This document shows, piece by piece, positions 28,900 to 38,101 of a stretch of DNA of 64,000 nt (position 1 is its first letter; each line of letters opens with the position of its first letter). Source of the DNA: Terriglobia bacterium (lineage in GTDB: Bacteria; Acidobacteriota; Terriglobia; UBA7540; JAPUME01); contig OZ244973.1 in the NCBI GenBank assembly GCA_965222885.1, positions 1,157,664 through 1,221,663 of the forward strand, in the 5' to 3' direction. The translations under genes were made by a program, and so were the position numbers. The notes below the pieces were generated by a model, which had not been told where the DNA came from, made no database searches, and was given only the letters and a program-made list of their open reading frames with translations.

Positions 28900-29190
28900 A
28901 ACGCGCTGGGGACTCTCGCCAAACATGAACCTTCTCCCAGCAGATTCTCAAATGCCTTCCATCCCTCGACGTTATCACCGACGGCCTTGATCGCCGCGGT
29001 CAGGGGAACCGCGATCATCAGCCCCATGGCACCCCACAACCACCCCCAAAACAACATGGCGACCGTGACCGCCAGCGCATGGAGCTTCACTCGATGGCCC
29101 ACCCGCTTCGGCGTCGGCAGGTTGACGGCAACAAAATGGATGGCAACAGCGCCCACGCCACTCCGATGTAAGGGATGAGGTTGAGGCGGG
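28900..29190 (-). pseudogene. AI-2E (PerM/UPF0118) family transporter, C-terminal fragment
   Basis: ...VGHRVKLHALAVTVAMLFWGWLWGAMGLMIAVPLTAAIKAV matches the conserved C-terminal helices of AI-2E transporters. LNLIPYIG is visible in an adjacent frame right at 29190. Everything upstream is replaced by the BCCT gene. The boundaries are approximate. Confidence 0.45.
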
Positions 29191-30744
29191 TCAACGGGCC
29201 CTGCCCGCCGTGCTCGCGCGCAGGCCCTTCCAGATGCTGTAGCACATGGCGACCAGCACCAGCGCGAAGGGGAGGCCGGCGGCGAGGGTGGCCGCCTGCG
29301 CGGCCATGAGGCCGCCGCCGAGCAGCAGCGCGATGGCGACGAGCCCCTCGAAGACACACCAGAACACGCGCTGGGCGACCGGCGCGTCCAGCTTGCCGCC
29401 GGCGGTGATGGTGTCGATGACCAGCGATCCGGAGTCGGAGGAGGTGACGAAGAACACCACCAGCAGCACGAGGCCGATGAACGACGTGACGTTCGCAAGC
29501 GGCAGCGTCTCCAGCAACGCGAACAGGGCGATCTCCGGCTGCTGCGTCTGCACCGCCGCGATCACGTCGGGATGACCGCGGTCAACGTACTGCGACACCG
29601 CAGTCCCGCCGAAGGCGTTCATCCAGATCGCGACAATCAGCGTTGGGATGATCAGCATGCAGGCGATCAACTCGCGCACCGTCCGGCCGCGCGAGACCCG
29701 GGCGATGAACAGGCCGACGAAGGGGGACCATGAGATCCACCAGGCCCAGAAGAAGATCGTCCAGCCGTGCATGAAGTGGAGGTCCTCGCGGCCCACCCAG
29801 TTGCTGAGCGGTCCGATCGCCGCGAGATACTGGCCGAGGCTGGTCACGACGCCGGTGGCGATGTCGCGCGTCGGCCCGACCGTCAGCACGAACGCCAGCA
29901 GCAGCAGGGCGAGCAGCAGGTTGGCCTCGCTCAGCCGCTTGATCCCCTTCTCCATCCCGCTGACAACCGACGCCAGCGCCATGCCGGTGATGCCGACGAT
30001 CAGCAGCACCTGGGTGGCGGCGGTCGCCGGCGTGCCCCACAGGTGGGCCACACCCGCCGCCACCTGTTGGGCGCCCAGGCCGAGCGATGTGGCCAGCCCG
30101 AAGAGCGTGGCGAAGACGGCGAGGATGTCGATGCCGTGGCCGAACCGACCCCACACCGCGTCTCCCATGAGCGGATAGAACGCCGACCGCAGCGTCATCG
30201 GCAGGCCGAGGTTGTACGACGCGAAGGCGATCGACAGCGCCACTACCGCGTATATGGCCCACCCATGGATTCCCCAATGGTAGATGGCGCCAGCCATGCC
30301 GAGGCGCGCCGCCGCCGTGTCGGACGCCTCGAGACCGAGCGGCGGTTGCAGGAAATGCTCCACCGGCTCCGACACCCCGAAGAACATCAGGCCGATGCCC
30401 ATCCCGGCGGCGAACAGCATGGCGAACCAGGTCGATCGGGAGTAGTCCGGCCGGGCATCCGCGCCGCCCAGGCGCACGCGGCCGAGCGGCGTCGCCACCA
30501 GCAGCAAGCAGAAGAGCACGAAGAGGTTGCCTGCGCCCATGAACATCCAGTCGAAGGTGGACATGAGCCACGCGCGCAGCGCCCCGAAGGCGGCCGCCGC
30601 CCCGGCCTGGAACGCCAGCACCCCGGCGATGAACGCGATGATGGTGAGGCTGGAGACGACGAAGACCGGATTGTGGATGTCGAGGCCGAGGAACTGGACG
30701 TTGTCCTGCCCCAGCTTGTAGTCGATCTTCGAGATCTCAGCCAT
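29191..30744 (-). CDS. BCCT-family (betaine/carnitine/choline) transporter
   Basis: 517 aa. WTIFFWAWWISWSPFVGLFIARVSRGRTVRE is the BCCT signature. GC is strikingly higher than the flanks. Confidence 0.9.
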   Translation of the reverse strand: MAEISKIDYKLGQDNVQFLGLDIHNPVFVVSSLTIIAFIAGVLAFQAGAAAAFGALRAWLMSTFDWMFMGAGNLFVLFCLLLVATPLGRVRLGGADARPDYSRSTWFAMLFAAGMGIGLMFFGVSEPVEHFLQPPLGLEASDTAAARLGMAGAIYHWGIHGWAIYAVVALSIAFASYNLGLPMTLRSAFYPLMGDAVWGRFGHGIDILAVFATLFGLATSLGLGAQQVAAGVAHLWGTPATAATQVLLIVGITGMALASVVSGMEKGIKRLSEANLLLALLLLAFVLTVGPTRDIATGVVTSLGQYLAAIGPLSNWVGREDLHFMHGWTIFFWAWWISWSPFVGLFIARVSRGRTVRELIACMLIIPTLIVAIWMNAFGGTAVSQYVDRGHPDVIAAVQTQQPEIALFALLETLPLANVTSFIGLVLLVVFFVTSSDSGSLVIDTITAGGKLDAPVAQRVFWCVFEGLVAIALLLGGGLMAAQAATLAAGLPFALVLVAMCYSIWKGLRASTAGRAR

Positions 30745-30753
30745 AGGGTTTCG

Positions 30754-31056
30754 TCAGCGGTCCTGCAGTACAGCCGCTCCGCCGCCACGGCGGTAAGCGG
30801 CGGGGCCCGGATTCGTTCCGTTCCCGGCGCCGAAGCGGTAGGTCGGGCCGATCTGGATGCGGCGGCCCTTGGGCAATTTCATGCGCTTGGCCAGGGCCAC
30901 CCCGGGTGCCAGAACGAAAGCCATGAAGATCGAGCCGATCAACGTAATGATTACGGAACTCGCCAAGCAGCACCCGGCAAAGACAATCGCCGCCGCCATC
31001 ATACGCCGGCTGGCCGAAGGGTTTACCGGTGTATCGAGGGGAGATTCACGCATCAA
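30754..31056 (-). CDS. Small single-TM protein immediately upstream of the BCCT gene
   Basis: ORF with a hydrophobic core (AAAIVFAGCCLASSVIITLIGSIFMAFVLAPGVAL) ending 9 nt before the BCCT start. No family recognised. Confidence 0.35.
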   Translation of the reverse strand: MMRESPLDTPVNPSASRRMMAAAIVFAGCCLASSVIITLIGSIFMAFVLAPGVALAKRMKLPKGRRIQIGPTYRFGAGNGTNPGPAAYRRGGGAAVLQDR

Positions 31057-31334
31057 CGTTTGGCCTTGCCCGAAGGGCCTCCGGTCATTCTATCCCGATT
31101 CCCAGGGGAACGGGAGGTCTAAAATCCCCTCTTGCCGAATGCCAGCTTTCGGTGGGCGATGGTCGGGCAGAAATATATGTCGGTTTTTGCTGTAACGCAT
31201 TTCAAAACGGACTACAATAGACGGGCGGAGGGGGCAGGCCCGGAAAACCTGAACCGTTTTCCGGGAGTTTTGCTTGCATCGAACCCGTTCCCGGTCGCCG
31301 GTCATCACCCAGGCCCCACTCCCTCTGGGAAGGA

Positions 31335-33200
31335 ATGCTTATGGGTCGCATCCTACCGGTATCCGCACTGTTCTTGGTGCTCTTTCTGTTTCTCCCTCCC
31401 CTATGCGGGCGAGATGCCCATCTCGATTCCCTCCAAATCAAGGGGCACGTACGGTCGATAACGGGCGAACCTCTGGCCGGGGTTCCCATACGAGTCCGTC
31501 CTCTCGATGCCTCGACCGTTCAGGAGGAAATCAGCGATGCAGACGGCGCCTTCCAAGCTGAACTGGCCGTGGGGAAAACCCTGGATGGGTGGGTCCTGGT
31601 CGAGGCAACCTTCGAGGGTTACGCGGAAGCGAGCGAACCCATCCGAGTCAACGGCGAGGCGCATTCCTTTCAGGTGGACCTCTTCCTGCGCAACCTGCGA
31701 GAGGAACCCAACCAACCGAAACTGGATTTTCTCCAGAGGGCGGTCGTAAAGCCGCTGGTGCGGTCCGCCTTGCAGCGAAATGTCCCCCTCGAGGGCCGGG
31801 ACAATTTCAAGGAAGGCCTGCGAATCTGGAAGAAAGACAAGTTGCCGGGACAAGCCGCCCGCAAATTTCTGCACGCCGCCGCGCAAGCGCCTGAGTTTGC
31901 CGAGGCTCGTGGACTGGCGGCCTTGGCCCTGATGCGCGCCGGGGGATGGTCCGCCGCCGGAAGCGCCCTGGAAGCAGCCCTTCAGCCGGAGGCTCAACTT
32001 GCCGAAATCCTGATCGTGAAGGGAGTTTGGGAAAATTTTCGGCATCGCAAAGAATCGGCCCTGAAAACACTTACGGAATTCGTCGCCAGGGAACCGAAAA
32101 ATTGGCTGGGTAGCCTGGAACTGGCTCGGGCCCTCCTGCTACACCAAGGCTGGGAGGAAGCGGACCGGTATCTGGAGGAGAGTCTGAAGCTGGGAGCGCC
32201 CAAGGCGGAGGTCTTTTACCTCCGTGCCCGCGCCCTGGAAGGAAAAGGGGACTACCATGCCGCCCTCACGAATATCTACCGGCTGCGGAAGAAAGTGAAA
32301 AAATCCCGCATGCCCCCGGGCGTCGTGCAATTGGCCGCACGACTCGAGGAGGCCGTTTCCGGCCTGACTACCCATAAGATTATTCCTTTTCTGGAAGTTC
32401 CCCTCCCGCAAATCCAGCAAGTGGTACCGTACCTGAAAGGGCTCCGGCAGCCTCGGACTCAGACCGCGCTAGGCAAAATCCTGAGGTGTTCCGGGAACCG
32501 AGTGAAGGCCTTTTTCCGGGATTATCCCAACACCACCGCAACGGAGACGTTCCGACAGAGCCTGTTCAATAAAACCGGAAAGGTGAAGAGTTCCCGTGTC
32601 GAAGTCTTTACCTACATGATGATCGTTAACCCCAATCAAGGAAATCCCTACGTCGAAGAGCTCCGGGGGGACCCGGAAGGCAACCTGCGCCACCAGGGAG
32701 GGCTCCGGGAAGGCTTCATGGTCACGAAGGGATTTCCCGCCAGCATGATCGTCCTGCACCCCAAGCAGCAGTCCACTCTGGATTACCAGCACTTGGGTAC
32801 CCTGGTGGAGAATGGGCGGCAGGTCGAGGTGATGGCTTTTGCCGAGAAACCCAATAAAAAGAGCAACTTGGCAAGCTTTCGGCTTCAACTGACCCGATTA
32901 GTTCCCTTGCGGTTACAAGGTATAGCCTGGATTGACTCGGAGACGTGCCGGATCAAGAGGATTCGCACTGAACTCTTTAAGCCTTACCCGGAAGTCCATC
33001 TGACTCGCCGCACGAATGAGGTGGAATACGGCGAAGTGATGTTCCAGGGTGCCAAATACCCCTTGTGGCTCCCCCAAAAGGCGGTTGTGGCCGTGGACTG
33101 GGCCGGGAAGACCCTGAGGAATGAGCACACTTTTTCCGATTACCAACTGTTCCAGGTCCAAACCGAAGAAACGCCGATCCGGGTTGGTTCTAACCGCTAG
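31335..33200 (+). CDS. Secreted hypothetical protein (CarboxypepD_reg-like N-domain plus TPR-like helical region)
   Basis: Signal peptide MLMGRILPVSALFLVLFLFLPPLCG, IKGHVRSITGEPLAGVPIRV...DADGAF, then helical repeats. Confidence 0.65.
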   Translation: MLMGRILPVSALFLVLFLFLPPLCGRDAHLDSLQIKGHVRSITGEPLAGVPIRVRPLDASTVQEEISDADGAFQAELAVGKTLDGWVLVEATFEGYAEASEPIRVNGEAHSFQVDLFLRNLREEPNQPKLDFLQRAVVKPLVRSALQRNVPLEGRDNFKEGLRIWKKDKLPGQAARKFLHAAAQAPEFAEARGLAALALMRAGGWSAAGSALEAALQPEAQLAEILIVKGVWENFRHRKESALKTLTEFVAREPKNWLGSLELARALLLHQGWEEADRYLEESLKLGAPKAEVFYLRARALEGKGDYHAALTNIYRLRKKVKKSRMPPGVVQLAARLEEAVSGLTTHKIIPFLEVPLPQIQQVVPYLKGLRQPRTQTALGKILRCSGNRVKAFFRDYPNTTATETFRQSLFNKTGKVKSSRVEVFTYMMIVNPNQGNPYVEELRGDPEGNLRHQGGLREGFMVTKGFPASMIVLHPKQQSTLDYQHLGTLVENGRQVEVMAFAEKPNKKSNLASFRLQLTRLVPLRLQGIAWIDSETCRIKRIRTELFKPYPEVHLTRRTNEVEYGEVMFQGAKYPLWLPQKAVVAVDWAGKTLRNEHTFSDYQLFQVQTEETPIRVGSNR

Positions 33201-33404
33201 ATCATTCGCCGCCAAGCAGGCGCGCGACTCCCTCCACGGGCGCTCACCGGGACTCATCGCAGGATCCATCCGTTCCCTTCTCCGGGTTGCTTACCCTCCG
33301 CCTTCCGATTCCGTCGCGAAAAGCGCGCGGCCCTTCCCATAATCGGGCCGCACCCCATCTTGAGGTTGCATTCCCGGCCCTATTTGCATATATTGCTTCC
33401 CTTC

Positions 33405-34430
33405 ATGGCCCAAGAACACGAACCGAGGCTGGTACTGTGGACGGAGGGGGACTTTGACCCGTTTCGCGGCGTGGATGAAGCCATGATTCGACGGGCCGGA
33501 GGAACCCTGCGCTTCGTGAAAGCCACCCATGAGGAGGAGCGCCTCCGATGGGTGAAGAGGGCCACGGTCTTGGTGGCCGGCTGGCTTCCTCTGCCGAGGG
33601 CTGTTCTGGAAAAATTGGACCGTTGCGTAGGGGTTATTCGGACGGGCATCGGGGTCGATTCGGTTGATCTGCCGGCGGCGACCGAGTTCGGACTCTGCGT
33701 AGCCAACGTGCCCGATTTTTGCCTGGAAGAGGTCGCCGAGCACACCCTCGCGCTTATTTTTGCCGTGACGCGGAAAATCGTCACGGCCGACCGCTGGGTT
33801 CGCCAGGGAAAGTGGCACCGATGGTCGGCGCAGGACCTGCTGCCGATTCATCGACTGAACGGCCAGACGCTGGGATTAATCGGAATGGGACATATCGGAC
33901 AGAAGGTCGCCGTCAAGGCCCAGGCGCTGGGATTGCGGGTGATCGCTCATGACCCCTACCTCAGCCCCCAAGTAGCCGCCGCCCTCAAGGTCCCCTTAAC
34001 CGGCTTATCGGAACTGCTCAGTAGGGCGGATATCGTCTCTCTCCACGTTCCGCTGGGAGACAAGACCCGCTATTTGATGAATTCGGAAACCTTCGGACAA
34101 ATGAAGCGAGGCGCCATCCTGATCAACACTTCGCGGGGCCCGGTCGTCAACGAGTCGGCGCTGCTGGAGGCTTTCGAGAAGGGACACCTGGCCGCCGCCG
34201 GATTGGATGTACTGGAAAAGGAGCCCCAGAGGGGGCCTCACCCCTTGTTCGACCTCGAAAAGGTTGTCCTGACCTGCCATTACGCTTCTTGCAGCGTGGA
34301 AGCTTATGCCAATATGGGCCTCCAGATTTCCCAGCAAGCCAGCCAACTCCTGAGAGGGGAATTTCCCACCCATCTGGTGAATCCCGAGGTCAAGAGCAAG
34401 CCTCAACTCCGGCTTCGGCGGAGAATTTAG
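33405..34430 (+). CDS. D-isomer-specific 2-hydroxyacid dehydrogenase family protein
   Basis: GLIGMGHIGQKVA NAD-binding loop, ...INTSRGPVV..., ...LDVLEKEP... Likely ATG at 33405. Confidence 0.85.
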   Translation: MAQEHEPRLVLWTEGDFDPFRGVDEAMIRRAGGTLRFVKATHEEERLRWVKRATVLVAGWLPLPRAVLEKLDRCVGVIRTGIGVDSVDLPAATEFGLCVANVPDFCLEEVAEHTLALIFAVTRKIVTADRWVRQGKWHRWSAQDLLPIHRLNGQTLGLIGMGHIGQKVAVKAQALGLRVIAHDPYLSPQVAAALKVPLTGLSELLSRADIVSLHVPLGDKTRYLMNSETFGQMKRGAILINTSRGPVVNESALLEAFEKGHLAAAGLDVLEKEPQRGPHPLFDLEKVVLTCHYASCSVEAYANMGLQISQQASQLLRGEFPTHLVNPEVKSKPQLRLRRRI

Positions 34431-34463
34431 TCGGAAGCCTTCTCGTGAGGGAAGAGAGCAGAC

Positions 34464-35414
34464 TCACTTGGCCGGCACAAACTTCTGCACGCGCATTCCC
34501 ACGTTGACGTCCACCACGTAAACGGCTCCGTCTTGACCGACTCCCACGTCATGGGCCCAGTAGAATTGACCGTCGTAGGACCCGAACGAGCCCCATTGCT
34601 CCAGGATGTTCCCTTCCAGGTCCAGCTTCAGCACTCGCGCGCGCTCGGGCGGTTTGGGGTTCATATCGCCGCCGTCCGCCACGTAGAGGGAACCGTCGCG
34701 TCCCACGGTGAGGCCCCAGGGCCGCCCCAGCTCCTCGCTCTGCCATTGATGGAGGAACGTTCCGTCGGGCTTGAAGACCTGAATCCGGTTGTTGGACCGG
34801 TCGGCTACATAGACGCGCCCCTTCGCGTCGAGAGCGATGCCGTGGGGCAGATCGAATTCGCCGGCTTTCGTCCCTTTGGATCCCCAATCGAAAAGGAACT
34901 GCCCGTCGGCGGAAAACTTGGCGACCCGGCTGTTTCCGTAACCGTCGGACACATAGAATTCTCCCGTCGGAGCCACGACCACGTCCGTGGGCTTATTCAG
35001 GTGCGTTCCATCCAATCCGGGAACCCCCTTGGCGCCCACCGTCATTAAAAGCTCCCCGTTGTGGCTGAACTTGAACACCTGATGGAGTCCGGTGTCGGTG
35101 ACCCACACGTTGTCCTGGCTGTCCACCGTCAGGCCATGAGACACGCCGAACATCCCATCACCCCACGAGGCCACGATCTTTCCCGAGTCCCCATCGAAAC
35201 AGAGGATGGGACGGTCTCCCCGGTGAAAGACGAAAACGTGATTGTGCGAATCCACCTCCACGCCGGAAACCTCTCCCAAAGCAAAACCCTGGGGTAGCTG
35301 AGGCCACCCATGTACGACCCGGTAAGAGCCGGACCCGTGTTCGGAACCGGCTGGGGCACCCGGAACTGCTATCCATGCCAAAAACAAGACGATGATCGCG
35401 CCTAAGGCTCGCAT
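34464..35414 (-). CDS. Secreted NHL-repeat beta-propeller (peptidyl-alpha-hydroxyglycine amidating-lyase-like)
   Basis: Signal peptide MRALGAIIVLFLAWIA preceded by AAGGAGG. Repeated ...VYVADRSNNRIQVF... NHL units. Confidence 0.8.
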   Translation of the reverse strand: MRALGAIIVLFLAWIAVPGAPAGSEHGSGSYRVVHGWPQLPQGFALGEVSGVEVDSHNHVFVFHRGDRPILCFDGDSGKIVASWGDGMFGVSHGLTVDSQDNVWVTDTGLHQVFKFSHNGELLMTVGAKGVPGLDGTHLNKPTDVVVAPTGEFYVSDGYGNSRVAKFSADGQFLFDWGSKGTKAGEFDLPHGIALDAKGRVYVADRSNNRIQVFKPDGTFLHQWQSEELGRPWGLTVGRDGSLYVADGGDMNPKPPERARVLKLDLEGNILEQWGSFGSYDGQFYWAHDVGVGQDGAVYVVDVNVGMRVQKFVPAK

Positions 35415-35640
35415 TCTGTTCCTCCTTGCAGCTTCGAGCGTATCGTCCCCTCCGCCGCTCGAAACCTGAATCGGTTGCATTCGCCCGGTTGGTTCAGTCT
35501 CTTTCCTGCACTCCGCTGCTCGCGTTGCCCCATAGTACACGAGGCGAGCGGGGATTGCCACCATGGGTGCTCGTTCAGTACATCCGGTACACTTGGACTT
35601 CCTTTCGTGATGGGAATTCTATACTTGACGATCCTAAAAG

Positions 35641-35874
35641 TTAAAGACGCCCTTGGCTGTGAAACCGGCTGATTTGGCCAAGGTTCAGGAGGTGTAGCAG
35701 CTTATTCTTGCCCGCTTGTCCCTTGAGCCACATCTCCAGGGCGATCAGGAGGAGAATCAGGAACGCAAAGCCGGCCCGCAGCATCCGGTTCAGGGTTTTG
35801 ACGGACTCGCTCAGCGCCACCACCTGGACGTTCAGCTCCCGCAACAATTCCGACATTTCAGGCGTCAATCCCAC
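35641..35874 (-). CDS. Small single-TM protein, holin-like by position
   Basis: One TM (AGFAFLILLLIALEMWL). It overlaps the stop of the tail-X gene. P2 has its holin directly after gene X. Confidence 0.4.
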   Translation of the reverse strand: MGLTPEMSELLRELNVQVVALSESVKTLNRMLRAGFAFLILLLIALEMWLKGQAGKNKLLHLLNLGQISRFHSQGRL

Positions 35875-36071
35875 AAGCGCACCTTTTCGGTGGTGCGGGG
35901 CAGGCTGAGCATGGGCAGCTCGAGCTTGATTCCGGCGGGCAGAACGGGGTCGGAGAGGGCCAGGCCGGGGTTGGCTTCCAGGACGGCTTCCACGGCGCCG
36001 GACGCCTGACCGTAGTATTGCGAGCAGATCTGGTCCAGGCGGTCGCCGTCGCGGGTTAGATAGGAGGCCAT
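35865..36071 (-). CDS. Phage tail protein X (P2 gpX-like, LysM-type fold)
   Basis: MASYLTRDGDRLDQICSQYYGQASGAVEAVLEANPGLALSDPVLPAGIKLELP...VRLWD aligns end-to-end with my recollection of P2 gpX (..GDTLDAICVRYYG...VLAANPGLA...LP.G..VELP...V.LWE). Confidence 0.8.
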   Translation of the reverse strand: MASYLTRDGDRLDQICSQYYGQASGAVEAVLEANPGLALSDPVLPAGIKLELPMLSLPRTTEKVRLWD

Positions 36072-36078
36072 CGGACGC

Positions 36079-36351
36079 TCATATCTGCCGCCAGACGCCA
36101 TTCGTCAGGTAGCCGTGCCAGTACCCCCTCTTACCTTTACTGGATTCAATCGATGGATTTAAGGTGGGAGACTCACGATTTCCATCCCATACCCAGCCGT
36201 TCGGAACGTTCAGAGGAAGATCGGCTATACCGACGCTAGGTACAAAGCACACAATTTTTTTGTCCCCTTGGGTAAAGTAGAACTCCCCCTCGGCGAGCTT
36301 CTGAAACTCATCCTTACCATCGAGATCGCTTCTATGCACTGCTTTCTTCAT
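36079..36351 (-). CDS. DUF6527-like small protein (cysteines of the usual zinc site replaced)
   Basis: ...LPLNVPNGWVWDGNRESPTLNPSIES...WHGYLTNGVW resembles the W.w.G....PTl.PSI....HgfirnG core as I recall it. Low-certainty family call. Confidence 0.45.
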   Translation of the reverse strand: MKKAVHRSDLDGKDEFQKLAEGEFYFTQGDKKIVCFVPSVGIADLPLNVPNGWVWDGNRESPTLNPSIESSKGKRGYWHGYLTNGVWRQI

Positions 36352-37400
36352 GCGATAGCCTCGACGGACACCGAATAGTTCAGGCTCCCGTCATCCCCCG
36401 GATTAACCCGGATGGCCGCCTTGTCGTCGTAGGTTTGATAAATGGTTTTCTCCCAAGTATCCGAAGCCCCCAGGCTGAAAGAGTACAGAGGGTACTGGAC
36501 TCCATCGTAGCTGAGGATAACTTGTACTCGATTGGGATTCAGTCGGTTGTGTTCAGTGGAATTATTGAACAGGATGATGTTCCAGTTCTTATATCGCTTG
36601 CCATCTGGAACACTCAGAAGAGTCTCCAGAGAGGTTGCCGTTCCCACCACCGCCACCGGTCCTGGTTCTGGTTCCTCGGCAGGAACCTCTGGAGGAGTCG
36701 GCGTTTCCGGCTCCGGAGTTTCAGGAGCAGGCGGATCAGGCTCAGGTTCTACGGTTGGATGGCTCCATGCTCGGGCAGCATCTGCCGTGTTATCAATAAA
36801 CCAGACCGTTGTTCCTAAATTGGTTCCCCCTCTCCAATTTCCTGTTCCCAAGGCGAGGTCTTTTTCTGAGTCTCGCTCTTGTGTTGCCGCGTTAAAGGCT
36901 TTGGCAATATCGTTATAATGACCCACGAACCACAGCGTGGTGCCATCACAGGCCCCACCCTTCCAGGTTTCTGAACCAAGATAGATATCTTTGTCTGCGT
37001 CTCTGTCTCGCGTTGCGGCGTTGTAGGCCCTCGCGTAGTCAGTTTCATTATCAACGAACCACAACGTGGTTCCGTCGCTGATTCCCCCTTCCCACTTCCC
37101 CTCACCGAAAGTAATATCCCTTAACGGTGTTCTCACCCGCGCGTTAGCATTGTAGGCGTAGGCTTTGTTGTCTGCATTACTAATGAGCCACAACGTCATT
37201 CCGTTACTGACGCCCCCATCGTAGTACCCCGTCATATCATGCGCAAAGTGTCGTACCAGCGTCGCAGCGTTGAAGGCAATCAGCTTCTCGTTGGTCGAGT
37301 CAAGAATCCATAGCGTGGTTCCATCGCAGACAGCCCCGTCCCAGTATATGAAATCCTCAAGGATGAGGTCTTTCGAGGTATCCCGTTCGATCATTTTCAA
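36348..37400 (-). CDS. Five-repeat (about 44 aa, DGTTLW...AYNAATR.RD) protein with a Pro/Glu/Thr linker and a C-terminal beta domain; candidate receptor-binding/tail-fibre-like protein
   Basis: Repeats at aa 17-212, linker PTVEPEPDPPAPETPEPETPTPPEVPAEEPEPGP, about 100-aa C-terminal domain. Overlapping start/stop with both neighbours. Confidence 0.8.
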   Translation of the reverse strand: MKMIERDTSKDLILEDFIYWDGAVCDGTTLWILDSTNEKLIAFNAATLVRHFAHDMTGYYDGGVSNGMTLWLISNADNKAYAYNANARVRTPLRDITFGEGKWEGGISDGTTLWFVDNETDYARAYNAATRDRDADKDIYLGSETWKGGACDGTTLWFVGHYNDIAKAFNAATQERDSEKDLALGTGNWRGGTNLGTTVWFIDNTADAARAWSHPTVEPEPDPPAPETPEPETPTPPEVPAEEPEPGPVAVVGTATSLETLLSVPDGKRYKNWNIILFNNSTEHNRLNPNRVQVILSYDGVQYPLYSFSLGASDTWEKTIYQTYDDKAAIRVNPGDDGSLNYSVSVEAIA

Positions 37401-37415
37401 CTCCTGGAAGGCTTA

Positions 37416-38101
37416 CTATCCGTCATCCGCAACCTCATCCTGCTGGGCTTGAACCACGGTAATTGTGTAGTCCTGGGTAATGCTCGCATCGGAGGCAAAT
37501 ACCCGCAGAACGAACCTACCCGTGCCAACTCCCAAGATGGCATCGTTGACGGCAGATTGAATCCCCGGCCCCACGTAGGAAAACGTGATGCCTTCCTGCC
37601 CTTCCACCACCAGGTCTCCCAGCCCCCCTGTGCGGCCCCTACCGGCAAGGTAGCGGTGTACTCGAAAACGTGGCGGTTGAAGGCCGGCGTCAAGGGAAGC
37701 AACTGGTTGCCCAGATAGACCTCCAACCTGGTCAGCCGGGGGTCGCGCTCCGGCGCGGGCGGGCGATAGACGATCAGGTGGTAGGTCTGCTGGGTCTCAC
37801 CATCTAAGGCCGTAACGTCCAAAAAGAAACTATTGTCGCCTTCCTCCAGTCGATTGCCGGTGGGAGCTCGGAGAGCAATCGAAGCTCCGTCCACGATCAC
37901 CGGCTCGCCGTAGCAGAGGGCGCGAGTGTCCGGCTCCTCAACGTCTACCCGATACTCCAAGACTTCGGAATCGAAGTCAGGCATGAGTGGGAATTTCCGC
38001 GTAGGTCGGGATTCATCGCCAAGCGTCCACACATCGCAGAATAGAGTACGCAGGCGGGCGCGCCGAGTGGAAACGGGTTGTGGGGTGGTGCGATTTCTCA
38101 T
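37416..38101 (-). pseudogene. Tandem cadherin-like beta-sandwich domain protein, frame broken at a G6 run
   Basis: The upstream frame reads ...RLTRLEVYLGNQLLPLTPAFNRHVFEYTATLPVGAAQGG. After CAGGGGGGC (complement of 37623-37628) the homologous continuation LGDLVVEGQEGITFSY...DASITQDYTITVVQ lies in the +1 frame and ends at 37416. Confidence 0.65.

Noticed and set aside
28758-29498. The 246-aa ORF as an intact gene.
   Set aside because: Its N-terminal two-thirds are the antisense of the BCCT gene's 3' end and are low-complexity. Only the segment from about 29190 downward has transporter (AI-2E) homology. It was therefore scored as a fragment.
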